This document shows positions 8,472-17,353 of a stretch of DNA of 44,857 nt, in pieces. Location: the UHGV virus genome UHGV-0186980; one strand, written 5' to 3'. The position numbers and the translations under genes are program-made. The stretch's first letter is position 1. Each line of letters begins with the position of its first letter. The notes below the pieces were generated by a model. It was not told the origin of the DNA. It worked only from the letters and a program-made list of their open reading frames with translations, and made no database searches. This stretch comes from a virus.

Positions 8472-11400
8472 TAGCGTTGTCCTCTTACGGCGCTCCAGAT
8501 AGCGCCACCCGGGCGCATATCCTTCGCCTGCAGCTCACGATATTTTTTCTCGACGAACGACCCAATCTGCTGGCCAAACTCTTCAAACCCTGACGTGCTG
8601 TCAGTCGAGGTTTTGTCGCCAGAAATGGTGATCCAGACTTTTGGCCCTTCAACAGACGCTGAGGGCTGGCCGGATGCTGTCGCCCGGATGCCTGAAAACT
8701 CATCCGCGGCACGCGGCGCAGGTATCATCGGAGCCGCCCCCATTCCGGTGATCCCCTCTGCGCTTGTGCTGAAACCTGTTCCGACAAGACTTTGAATCGT
8801 GGTCAGAAGTGACTGTGTCGCCATATCAATCAGCCCCTTAATGACCGACAGGGCCGGGCCGGAGGACTGTTCACCAATGGCACGGACGCCCAGCGAACCA
8901 TCAGTCCCTCGGGTCAGTGGCATAATGGCCTCTGGACCAGCCTCACCAAATACCCCCGCGCCTTTGGCAAAGGCGAAGAGCTGCGGGGTGTCGTGGATCT
9001 GGTTGCTGTAGGCACTTAATGAAGGGGAATCGTAGACGCCACCTTTTGCGTTGAATTCCACCGTGGCTGCAGCGGCTTCATACGAACCGGACGGCGTATT
9101 TCCACCTCCTGCCGCACCTGCACTTCCTCCGATCGCACCGCCAAAAGCAGAACCGACCATGCCAAAAATACTCTGCAGTGCACTGGAAAGCGCGATACGC
9201 GTGGCAATTTGCGCCAAATCTGAAAGGATTGAAATAGTAAAGCTTTTGAAGCTTCCTTTACCGGTTATGGCAAAGGAAGCGAGGGAGCTTGCCATGCTGT
9301 CAAAGGCACTCGTGGTAAAGCTGGCTATCTGGCTGTTTGCATCCCGCGCATTATCTGTCCAGTTCTTCGCCCCACGCCTGAATCCCGCGCTGTAATCCTG
9401 TTCTGCTCTCAGACGATCCTGCACGCTTTGCTCGGTAATCTGCAGTTCCTGCTGCTTTATCCGCTCCAGATCGGCCAGACGGGCCTGATATTCAGCCGAT
9501 GTGGTATCGATAAAATCTTTCTCCAGCGCAATGCGCCGCTGATTAAAGCGGTTAATAATGGCGTTACGGGCTTCTGCGTCGCTAGCTTCCTGTTCGGAAA
9601 GGTTGTACTTCTCCAGATTCAGAGCAGCTTCGCGCTGCATAGCCTGAGCCTCTTCAGCCCACTTACGGCTTTCAGCCTGATATTTCAGCGAGGTTTTTCG
9701 CAAGACGGCTTCTTTTTCAAGCTGAATATTCGACTGCAGTTGCGCCCGGATCTGGTCCTGCATATTCACCAGGCTTTGCTGGCTTTTGGTCAGGTTTTCA
9801 CCCTTCAGCCCGGAGAGTTTTTCATTAAAGGCGACCAGCTGTCGTTCGGATTCTGTCAACGTATCAGTGGTCTGCGCCTGTTCTTTCAGTACTGCGTTTC
9901 GTTGCAGTGCCTGCTCCAGCATTCGCTGCCCTTCAGTCTCGCCGCTACCAGACTTTTTGGGTTTATCTTTCTTCGTGGCCTTGTCGTATTCATCATTAAT
10001 CCCTTTCAGGATCCGCTGATACTCCTGCGAGCCGGATGCGTAAATGCTGTTATTGAGTTTTTTTATCGCTGCAGCACGCTTTTCTGCTGCGGTACTCCCG
10101 GCATCCATGTAGCTCTTCAGCCCGGCAGCGTTTTTTATACGGTCACTTTGTGCCTCGGCGTATCCTGCTTTGCTTGTAGCGATAAAGCGGCGTGTCTTTT
10201 CGTCAAACTCTTTCTGGTCTTTAGTGAGGAGATCGGTCAAAGCAATGGTTTCACCAAGACTTCCGAGTATCCCCCACTCACGCCCAAGATTTTTTAACTT
10301 ATCAAGATAAGTTTCCGCGTGTGCCGCCAGCTCTTTCAGTTTAAAGCTTTCCGCATCAAGAGCTTGTTCCATGATGAGCTGCGTTGCTTTCGCTGTTTCC
10401 CCTTTATTCGTCAGGCTGATAACCTGTGCGACAATGGATTCATTCAGCGAAATGCCCTGGGCTGTCAGCTGGGCCATCGCATTAAGCGGGTCTCCCTTCA
10501 GGGCAGATATTTTGCTGACCAGATCCTCAGCGTTCCCACCGGCTTCAGCGTAGGCTGTCGCAATAAATGCAACTTCATGCAGCAATGCACCACTGAAACC
10601 ACCGTTTGCCGCAGCGACCACAGCAGAAAGGGAATGTTCTGTACCACCAAGCTGAGCATTGAGGCTTCTCAGTTCAGTGAGAGATAACTGAGCTGACGTT
10701 CTCGTTCCGAGTAGCGCCGCATTCAGTTTTTTTGTTTGCTCCTCGGATTTTTTAAACTCGCTGTAAATCATTGAGCCACCGGCAGCAAGCACCGACAGGC
10801 CAATACCAACAGGTCCACCCAGCAGACTCATCGCCGAACTAAGCGCCCGGCTGCTGGTCGCTGCAATACGCTGGGTCACAGTAAGCTGGGTATTTGCCGC
10901 AGCAGCAGCTTCTGTTGCTGCTGTTAGTGCCGCCTTTCCACCTGTTTCGGCGGCATCAGCGGTCACAACAACCGCTTTGGCGGCTTTTAATTTTTCAAGC
11001 CCGCTGGCCTCAAGACGGTTCGCTTCAATGATCGCCCGCTCATTCTTCAGGTGTTCATCCTGATAGCTGACATTCAGCCCGTACAGCTTATTAACTTCGG
11101 TTTGTTTCGCGTAATACTCGTCCAGCGCAATCGCCTGCTCACGCTGGGCCTGCGCTGCCGCTATCGTCTTTTCAGCGATAGCAGCTTTATTCAGCGCAGA
11201 CTGCCTTTCGGCCTGTGCCGCCGCAATTTGTGCCTTTGCCGCCGACTCCAGTTCGGCAGCTGCCTGACGGGCTGCATCCTGCTGTGTCTTCCAGCCTCCT
11301 GCCGAACTGTCAAGTCGCCCCTTTAAGGTATGAACGGCGGGGATAAGTGCATTAATTATGCTGCTGCTGGCGACATTACTCCCGGCTGCAACTTCATGAA

Positions 11401-11653
11401 GCACGAAGTTCAGTTGGCCAGCACCTCGGGTGGCACCGGCAAACTGATCATCATTAGCACCCTGCACGCCGATTTTTTTTGCGGCCTCGACGGTTTTGGC
11501 TATCGCTGTTGTCAGCTCGTTAGCCTGTGCTGTCGCCTGCTGATTAAATTTTTTACTGGCCTGCCCTGCGTTCTGATATGCCTCGGTAATTTGCGACCGG
11601 AATGCAGCTGAATTCAGATGCAGGGCAACCGATAAGCTGGCTACATCACTCAT
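8471..11653 (-). CDS. H: Tail tape measure protein
   Basis: 1060 aa, Ala/Gln-rich coiled-coil protein downstream of G/T. Confidence 0.85.
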   Translation of the reverse strand: MSDVASLSVALHLNSAAFRSQITEAYQNAGQASKKFNQQATAQANELTTAIAKTVEAAKKIGVQGANDDQFAGATRGAGQLNFVLHEVAAGSNVASSSIINALIPAVHTLKGRLDSSAGGWKTQQDAARQAAAELESAAKAQIAAAQAERQSALNKAAIAEKTIAAAQAQREQAIALDEYYAKQTEVNKLYGLNVSYQDEHLKNERAIIEANRLEASGLEKLKAAKAVVVTADAAETGGKAALTAATEAAAAANTQLTVTQRIAATSSRALSSAMSLLGGPVGIGLSVLAAGGSMIYSEFKKSEEQTKKLNAALLGTRTSAQLSLTELRSLNAQLGGTEHSLSAVVAAANGGFSGALLHEVAFIATAYAEAGGNAEDLVSKISALKGDPLNAMAQLTAQGISLNESIVAQVISLTNKGETAKATQLIMEQALDAESFKLKELAAHAETYLDKLKNLGREWGILGSLGETIALTDLLTKDQKEFDEKTRRFIATSKAGYAEAQSDRIKNAAGLKSYMDAGSTAAEKRAAAIKKLNNSIYASGSQEYQRILKGINDEYDKATKKDKPKKSGSGETEGQRMLEQALQRNAVLKEQAQTTDTLTESERQLVAFNEKLSGLKGENLTKSQQSLVNMQDQIRAQLQSNIQLEKEAVLRKTSLKYQAESRKWAEEAQAMQREAALNLEKYNLSEQEASDAEARNAIINRFNQRRIALEKDFIDTTSAEYQARLADLERIKQQELQITEQSVQDRLRAEQDYSAGFRRGAKNWTDNARDANSQIASFTTSAFDSMASSLASFAITGKGSFKSFTISILSDLAQIATRIALSSALQSIFGMVGSAFGGAIGGSAGAAGGGNTPSGSYEAAAATVEFNAKGGVYDSPSLSAYSNQIHDTPQLFAFAKGAGVFGEAGPEAIMPLTRGTDGSLGVRAIGEQSSGPALSVIKGLIDMATQSLLTTIQSLVGTGFSTSAEGITGMGAAPMIPAPRAADEFSGIRATASGQPSASVEGPKVWITISGDKTSTDSTSGFEEFGQQIGSFVEKKYRELQAKDMRPGGAIWSAVRGQR

Positions 11654-11880
11654 TGTCCTAGAATCCTCATAACATCAGCACACTGCTGGTCAGCAAGAGA
11701 AGGGGAATGGCTGGCAGTGGTTTCTTGAGCGGACAGATGAACAGCTTCACCACCGCTCAGGGAGAACCAGGCCTGCCAGTAAAGAAGAATATCTGCAGGA
11801 AGACTGGCAATTTTTCGTGGGTCATACTCCCCCATGCGGGCGGCAAGCGAAAAAACCGCCATAAGCCAGGGGGAGTTCAT
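11650..11880 (-). CDS. T: Tail assembly chaperone T segment (expressed as G-T fusion by -1 frameshift)
   Basis: -1 frame ORF beginning at the G stop; slippery heptamer at the G 3' end. Confidence 0.6.
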   Translation of the reverse strand: MNSPWLMAVFSLAARMGEYDPRKIASLPADILLYWQAWFSLSGGEAVHLSAQETTASHSPSLADQQCADVMRILGQ

Positions 11881-12224
11881 TAGTTTTTTTGTGCTTCCTC
11901 CAGCGTACCGTAGCTAAAACGCTGGACCTTGCTCATCGCCTCGGTTATCGATGCATAGGAGCGTGATTTCATCAGTTCCAGCGGAGAAGGCAGGTTCTGC
12001 AGGGGAAGGCCATTTTCGTCGACCAGAGCGCTCAGTACCAGCCCTGCAGCTTCCAGCATCAGCCCTCGCGTATTATCGGGACCGGTCAGCTGTGATGCTT
12101 TATCTTCAAACTCTGACATTTCAAAGGCGGTAAGACGTCTGATATGGAATTCGCTGCCAAACAATTGGACAGGAACTGCATCACTGTCAGGGGCCAGAAG
12201 GCGGGATTTAACGTCATCTTTCAT
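11880..12224 (-). CDS. G: Tail assembly chaperone G
   Basis: 114 aa acidic protein immediately upstream of T and tape measure; conserved gene order. Confidence 0.6.
   Translation of the reverse strand: MKDDVKSRLLAPDSDAVPVQLFGSEFHIRRLTAFEMSEFEDKASQLTGPDNTRGLMLEAAGLVLSALVDENGLPLQNLPSPLELMKSRSYASITEAMSKVQRFSYGTLEEAQKN
11883..11889 (-). other. Programmed -1 frameshift slippery heptamer A_AAA_AAC at 3' end of G
   Basis: Minus-strand ...GCA CAA AAA AAC TAA; -1 shift reads ...K K L M N S P W = T frame. Confidence 0.6.
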
Positions 12225-12287
12225 TGGTTACTCTCCATAAAATAGCCACCCGGACCGGAGGTGGCTGTCACTTCAATAATGATGTGG

Positions 12288-12746
12288 TTATGCCCCGCTG
12301 CTGTTGGCAGTGCCCCAGGTGATTTTGTTCTGCTTTCCCTGCACGGTGATCTGAATGACCTCACTCGCCGGAGCGGTGATTTCGTTCATCTGCCAGCCGG
12401 ACAGCGCCAGCAACATCGTCGCCGTCCGCTTGTTCGGTAGTTCAACATACAGCTGGATAGTTTCTCGGGCTTCCGCTGCGTTAAGCAGAGCGGCAAAATC
12501 CGTATTGCTCGGATCATCAATAAAACCCAGCGACTTTTCAGGCCCGTCAGGCAGATCACTGATGGATTGTTTCTGCTTATCAAGCAGCGTAGTGCAGTCG
12601 ACAAAACCTCCCGTCTGCCCCATTGCGCCCAGCGCTTTACAGTTAACCAGCGGCTTCAGAGCCGATGCTGCAGCGCCGGGTTCCCCGTATTTTACGATGG
12701 TGCCAGCAGGCAACATCGCATATTCAGGCGAACTCTTATCAGCCAT
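12288..12746 (-). CDS. Major tail protein (V-position, HK97-like tail tube subunit)
   Basis: 152 aa, position upstream of G/T; no motif recognised. Confidence 0.5.
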   Translation of the reverse strand: MADKSSPEYAMLPAGTIVKYGEPGAAASALKPLVNCKALGAMGQTGGFVDCTTLLDKQKQSISDLPDGPEKSLGFIDDPSNTDFAALLNAAEARETIQLYVELPNKRTATMLLALSGWQMNEITAPASEVIQITVQGKQNKITWGTANSSGA

Positions 12747-12781
12747 AATTTTCTCTCTTTTTTATGAATGGGTAGCTAACG

Positions 12782-13186
12782 CTACCTGTTTTGAATGCCG
12801 TTGCGGATTTCGACCGCTAGGACGCGCAGAACCTTCTGGACATTGTGATCCAGCGCCGGTCGGATAAACGGTTGAGCCACTTGTTTAACGGTGCCAACCT
12901 CCTGCGCCAGTGCTTTCATATGATGCTTTTTACTCGGTCCAACCCGGAGGGTGACAACGGTACTTCGGTACTTCGCTGTTCCCTTCCTTGAGCTGATTTT
13001 TATACTGTCCCGCATATGAGGGCCGGGGCTTTCTTTGTCAAAGCCGGCATGCTGCTTCATATCCTCCTGGACAACCTTTAACGCCTCACGACCGGCATCC
13101 CGTAACACCTTCGTCGCGACCTTTTCCCCCAAAGCGGTTAACTGCCGTTCCAGCTCATCCAGCCCTTTCACCTCCATTCGGATCAT
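12782..13186 (-). CDS. HK97 gp10-like head-tail/tail-terminator component
   Basis: 134 aa, ...FIRPALDHNV... resembles HK97 gp10 family as remembered. Confidence 0.5.
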   Translation of the reverse strand: MIRMEVKGLDELERQLTALGEKVATKVLRDAGREALKVVQEDMKQHAGFDKESPGPHMRDSIKISSRKGTAKYRSTVVTLRVGPSKKHHMKALAQEVGTVKQVAQPFIRPALDHNVQKVLRVLAVEIRNGIQNR

Positions 13187-13572
13187 GAAGAGTCCTCCAC
13201 GTAGTGAATGATGAAATCACGAATCAGGCGGTACTGGATGCTGCGGTTCGTCAGCGTCGTTTTATCCTGTTGGATACCACCACGCTCCACATACTGAACC
13301 GGGATACCCTCAAGCTGGCCGTGAACGATTGACTTCCATTCCGACCAGATTTTTTTATCAAGTAGCAGCAGTGAGGTGTAATCATCAACGCGGTACAGGT
13401 TCACCTGGATACGGGCAGATACGATCCCCGTCCGTAATGTTCCCGAGACCATTTCCGGGTCAGAGATACGCTGAAAGGTCACTCCTTCCTGGACCGTGTC
13501 CGGCAGTAAAAGCGGGTACGCATCCATGCCGGTGATGCGCTCCAGCGCGGTTTTAATCGCCAGTTCTATCAT
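13183..13572 (-). CDS. Head-tail joining / tail completion protein (start refined to internal ATG 13572)
   Basis: Track ORF N-terminus is junk-like and overlaps upstream gene; MIELAIKTALERITG start 20 nt inside upstream gene end. Confidence 0.45.
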   Translation of the reverse strand: MIELAIKTALERITGMDAYPLLLPDTVQEGVTFQRISDPEMVSGTLRTGIVSARIQVNLYRVDDYTSLLLLDKKIWSEWKSIVHGQLEGIPVQYVERGGIQQDKTTLTNRSIQYRLIRDFIIHYVEDSS

Positions 13573-13891
13573 GGCGCCCGTCAGCCTCCCCCGTAATGAT
13601 GATCCGGTCAGTTTTACGGTCGATATTCCGGACTGTATAAACCAAGTCTTTTGTCGTGATTTTCCAGTCGATATCGACCACCACGCCCGGATAGACGGTA
13701 AACAGGCAGGTTTCCACCACTTGCTGTTGGTCCATCGTGCGGACTTTTCTTCCCGATACCAGCTCCCGCTTTGCCCAGGCCTTTCCCGATTCAACTAACT
13801 TTTCCGGCAGCGGTTCACCCAACGGCCCACGACCGGATTGCATATAGCCAATCACAATGCGGCAGGTCATTTCTTCCGGTTTAAGACTCAT
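13553..13891 (-). CDS. Head-tail adaptor-like protein
   Basis: 112 aa, position between connector and tail completion genes. Confidence 0.45.
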   Translation of the reverse strand: MSLKPEEMTCRIVIGYMQSGRGPLGEPLPEKLVESGKAWAKRELVSGRKVRTMDQQQVVETCLFTVYPGVVVDIDWKITTKDLVYTVRNIDRKTDRIIITGEADGRHDRTGD

Positions 13892-14208
13892 AGCGTGTCC
13901 TTTAAAGGGAAAAGAAGACTACTTACCGACAACGTTTCCAGCCACTGGCCCCTGAATCCATTCAGATACGCATCGCCGACCAGATACTGCACGGCCAGCC
14001 TGATATCCTCATCTGCCACGAATCCACGGACGGTATCAGGGAGCGCTTGCAGCTCCTCATCACTGGTGACCAGCTTGCAGTTGTAATCACGCTCGATGCT
14101 TCGCTGTGCGGCGTTAACCATTCTCGTGAGCATGGCGTCGTGCTCAGTGAAATCCAGCTCCAGGCGAAGCTGGGTTTTCACATCATCCAATGTCAGTATC
14201 AAAATCAC
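13888..14208 (-). CDS. Head-tail connector (gp6-like); start refined to GTG/TTG near 14208/14202
   Basis: LTLDDVKTQLRLELDFTEHDAMLTRMVNAAQRSIE resembles gp6-like connector proteins; AGGGAG RBS upstream. Confidence 0.5.
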   Translation of the reverse strand: MILILTLDDVKTQLRLELDFTEHDAMLTRMVNAAQRSIERDYNCKLVTSDEELQALPDTVRGFVADEDIRLAVQYLVGDAYLNGFRGQWLETLSVSSLLFPLKDTL

Positions 14209-14467
14209 TTTCTCCCTTGCGGGGGGCCATCGCTTTCTTTGCGTCTTCCGGCCATACCGCAATATGACGTTCGACCAGCTCTTCAGCATGGACTGCATCA
14301 AAGCAGGCCGTATCGCCGCGCGAATATCGATGATGAGGGCCTAAGAAAACGACGGCCTTACGCCCCGAAGTGTTCGCTCCGACCACAATTTGGTCAGCAG
14401 TGTTTTCTGAACCTTCGACATCAGAACCGTCTTCGGTCGCCGCTGGTTTAGTCGCTTTACCTGCCAT
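14183..14467 (-). CDS. Hypothetical protein downstream of major capsid gene
   Basis: 94-aa ORF with plausible codon usage; no motif recognised. Confidence 0.4.
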   Translation of the reverse strand: MAGKATKPAATEDGSDVEGSENTADQIVVGANTSGRKAVVFLGPHHRYSRGDTACFDAVHAEELVERHIAVWPEDAKKAMAPRKGESDFDTDIG

Positions 14468-14565
14468 GTTATTTCTCCTGGAATAGAAAAAGCCCGCTGT
14501 TGCGGGCCAGAGGTGGTTGAATGTTTTCTTCTGTGCGACCGTGGTCGCACAGAATACCGGGTCGG

Positions 14566-15858
14566 TTAAAACAGCACTTTAGTCCCGAGTACAAGCCCTT
14601 CAGGATGGCGGAAGCCAATGTCGTGTTCAGTAATAACTCGGATCAGAGACTGGTTGCGGGAGAACGCTGACACCAGATTGCCATCGGCGTCGATATAAGA
14701 GGCCTCTTTCGAGAAATCGACCTTCATATTGCCGTCTTCACCAATAACCACGTCATTGAAGTCGGCAAAGTAGATCTCGGACTCCTTACCGCCGGTACCC
14801 AGATTGGCAGGAATAGCGCTGGTACGCTGAATCGGGTAGCCCTTCAGCATGCTCTGTGGCCCCTGGGACATTTCCGGATAGACTTTGTTACCGTTGCCAT
14901 CACGCAGGCCGTACAGCTTCATGTAAGTACGGTTAGACATGCCCCAGCCGCAGCTGATCATGTTGCTGTTACCGTCCATTGCCATCAGGATGATCTTATC
15001 GAGATACTCATCAATCGTGTTCAGATTGATTTCAGCAGCTTCCCACGGCAGCAGGCGGTTCCATTCGGTTGCCCGCGCCTTCATACCCGTCGGCGTATCG
15101 CCGGTACCGTCATCACGCATGAACGCCTTATCTTCGCGAACAGAAATGGCGGTCAGAATATCTTGCAGGACCAGTTGCTCAACGTTAAACCCGGCACGCC
15201 CAATCAGCTGGTTAGAGATTGGCACCATCGCAATCATGGTTTTTGCCGTCAGTTTCACATCATCAAAGCGCGCTTCCGACACTTTGGCATCTTTGTTTTC
15301 GCCGGTATAACTTGCCGTTGCACCACCGGCCAGGCGCGGCAGCGCCATATTGCCATTAGGCAACGGAATGGAGCGGGCACCCAGCTTACGGATGATGGTA
15401 CGGTCACGCAGTAGCTCAATCACTTCGCTGTGCAGGTTCTGCGGGATGAGAACTCCGCCAGATGATGCGGCAGTGGAGATGGCCATCGATACAGATGGGT
15501 CATTCAGTTCTTCTGCGGCAAACGTTGCCGCGTCCTGCAGATTGCCCGCCCCCGCTGCAACGGCCATGACAAGACGAGTCATCCCGGCACCGGTATATTG
15601 CTTCGGCTCCTGCTTCACAACAATGCCCGGAGCCTGCTGTGTAGCTTTAACCGGTTTCGCAACCACCGCTGCGGCACGTTCAGCAGCTTCCAGTCGTTCC
15701 ATTTTGGCGCTGATATCGCTGAACTGCTGCTGCAGACCAGCAAACTCTGTCAGCTGCTCCGCTGTCAGCGTACCGCCATTCGCTTCAATCGTGGCCAGTG
15801 CCTGGACTTGTTCGTTAATACCCGCACGCTGACGACGCAATTCTTCAATCTGTGGCAT
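14566..15858 (-). CDS. Major capsid protein, HK97 fold, with N-terminal coiled-coil delta domain
   Basis: 430 aa; N-terminal 100 aa coiled coil (QIEELRRQRAGINEQ...), typical HK97-type MCP organisation. Confidence 0.8.
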   Translation of the reverse strand: MPQIEELRRQRAGINEQVQALATIEANGGTLTAEQLTEFAGLQQQFSDISAKMERLEAAERAAAVVAKPVKATQQAPGIVVKQEPKQYTGAGMTRLVMAVAAGAGNLQDAATFAAEELNDPSVSMAISTAASSGGVLIPQNLHSEVIELLRDRTIIRKLGARSIPLPNGNMALPRLAGGATASYTGENKDAKVSEARFDDVKLTAKTMIAMVPISNQLIGRAGFNVEQLVLQDILTAISVREDKAFMRDDGTGDTPTGMKARATEWNRLLPWEAAEINLNTIDEYLDKIILMAMDGNSNMISCGWGMSNRTYMKLYGLRDGNGNKVYPEMSQGPQSMLKGYPIQRTSAIPANLGTGGKESEIYFADFNDVVIGEDGNMKVDFSKEASYIDADGNLVSAFSRNQSLIRVITEHDIGFRHPEGLVLGTKVLF

Positions 15859-15932
15859 TTTATTTCTCTCTTTTTAGGTATAAAAAAAGCAGCCCGGAGG
15901 CTGCTTTCTGGTGGTGACGCGCTTGCGTCGGG

Positions 15933-16853
15933 TTACATTCTGGTTTGCAGGTCCATCGCTGCCGCCTGCAGCTTGATGGAACCGGCTTTTTGAGGCGTTT
16001 TGTACTTCGCCGCAATAGCATTGATCGCCGACTGAGGGTCTGAAACTTCATCGGCCAGACCGGCAGAAATAGCACTGGCACCGAAAAAAGTCCCTGCCTG
16101 TGTGCCAATAACGGCCTGTAAATCTAAATCTCGATATTCAGCAACCGAAGTCGTGAATGTCTGGTACATATCGTCAAGTATCTTGTCGTACATTGCGAGA
16201 GAGGCTTCACTCAGTGGCTCATGAGAAGTACCGTTATTTTTGTTATCTCCACGATACATGGAGGTAAATTTTACACCGATATTCTCTTCCATTTTCGATG
16301 TATCCAGGTGTTCCATTATCACCCCGATAGACCCCACGCCGCTGGTCTGGCTAATAACGATTTTATTGCAGGCAGAGGCAATAAAATAAGCCGCTGAAAA
16401 CGCGTTGAAGTTAACAATCGCGGTAATGGATTTCGTCTCTCGCGACTGATAGATGTAATCTGCCAGTTCTTTACACCCGGAGGCGTAACCCCCACCGGAA
16501 TTTATATCCAGCACGATTTCGCTGATGGATGAATCGTTTAACGCCGCGTGCAACTGACTGCGAATACGCTCATAGCTGGTTAGCTCCGTACAGGCTTGCG
16601 TTATTTGTCCCCGACGCGGCACCAGTAATCCATGTACAGGAATAACAGCCACGCCACCGGCTGGCTGGACCTGCTCAGGAGTCGGGGTGCCATCCGGATT
16701 GAGTGCCATCGTGAAAACCGGGTCCGTCACTGTTCCCTGAATGCGCGGGAGCAACACGGCCTTTACGGCATCCATCGTTTGCTGCGTGACGTAATGCGGG
16801 ACGCCAAACACTTGGGCGGTAAGATGCGGCAGATTTAGGTTTGTGATATTCAT
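15933..16853 (-). CDS. Prohead maturation protease (ClpP/S49-like serine protease)
   Basis: DINSGGGYASG motif and position between portal and capsid genes. Confidence 0.7.
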   Translation of the reverse strand: MNITNLNLPHLTAQVFGVPHYVTQQTMDAVKAVLLPRIQGTVTDPVFTMALNPDGTPTPEQVQPAGGVAVIPVHGLLVPRRGQITQACTELTSYERIRSQLHAALNDSSISEIVLDINSGGGYASGCKELADYIYQSRETKSITAIVNFNAFSAAYFIASACNKIVISQTSGVGSIGVIMEHLDTSKMEENIGVKFTSMYRGDNKNNGTSHEPLSEASLAMYDKILDDMYQTFTTSVAEYRDLDLQAVIGTQAGTFFGASAISAGLADEVSDPQSAINAIAAKYKTPQKAGSIKLQAAAMDLQTRM

Positions 16854-16864
16854 GAGTTTTGCCT

Positions 16865-16890
16865 ATAAAAAAACCCGCTTTCGCGGGTTT
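16865..16890 (-). terminator. Intrinsic terminator (AAACCCGC-TTTC-GCGGGTTT) downstream of the 115-aa moron
   Basis: 8-bp stem with 7-A run on plus strand (U-run for minus-strand transcripts). Confidence 0.6.
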
Positions 16891-16913
16891 AATAGATATC
16901 GGAGGTGAGGCGC

Positions 16914-17261
16914 TTATTCTATAGAGGTAGATTGTCGTCCTGTGAGAGTGAACTCTACATTCACATCGTCGAAGCCCCTCGAATCTTTCCTGGGATAGTC
17001 CATTTCTTTGCAAAACATTTTGAAGCCAAGCTGAGCAAAGTTTTTTTCCTGTTCTGCTGGAAAATATTCGGAGAAAGATACAGCAAGGCACTCGTGATTT
17101 TTGAACTTCGTCCGCTCGACGGGCCATCCTACACTCTTGCAACGCCGGGTGAGATCTTCTTCATCGGCACCCAGCAGAAATACTCTAAATGCCACCTGGC
17201 TGTATGTTCTAATACTGCCAGTCGGCTTCATTGGCTGATTAGGATCATAATTTGAGAACAT
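16914..17261 (-). CDS. Hypothetical 115-aa moron inside head-gene module
   Basis: AT-rich insert between portal and protease with its own terminator; no family recognised. Confidence 0.55.
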   Translation of the reverse strand: MFSNYDPNQPMKPTGSIRTYSQVAFRVFLLGADEEDLTRRCKSVGWPVERTKFKNHECLAVSFSEYFPAEQEKNFAQLGFKMFCKEMDYPRKDSRGFDDVNVEFTLTGRQSTSIE

Positions 17262-17353
17262 TTTTGCACCTGAAATGGCCTATGAATTATGCAGGTATAT
17301 TATCACTAAAATTGATGAAAGGGTGCCTGTAGCCAGCAAGACAACCACCTTAA

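Noticed and set aside
9428-10297. 289-aa plus-strand ORF and other plus ORFs across 8595-11611
   Set aside because: Antisense to the tape measure gene; Phe/Leu/Cys-rich products typical of the reverse frame of an Ala/Glu/Lys-rich gene.
16675-17142. 155-aa minus-strand ORF overlapping the protease start and the moron
   Set aside because: Different frame overlapping two better-supported genes and a terminator; His/Cys/Arg-rich product.
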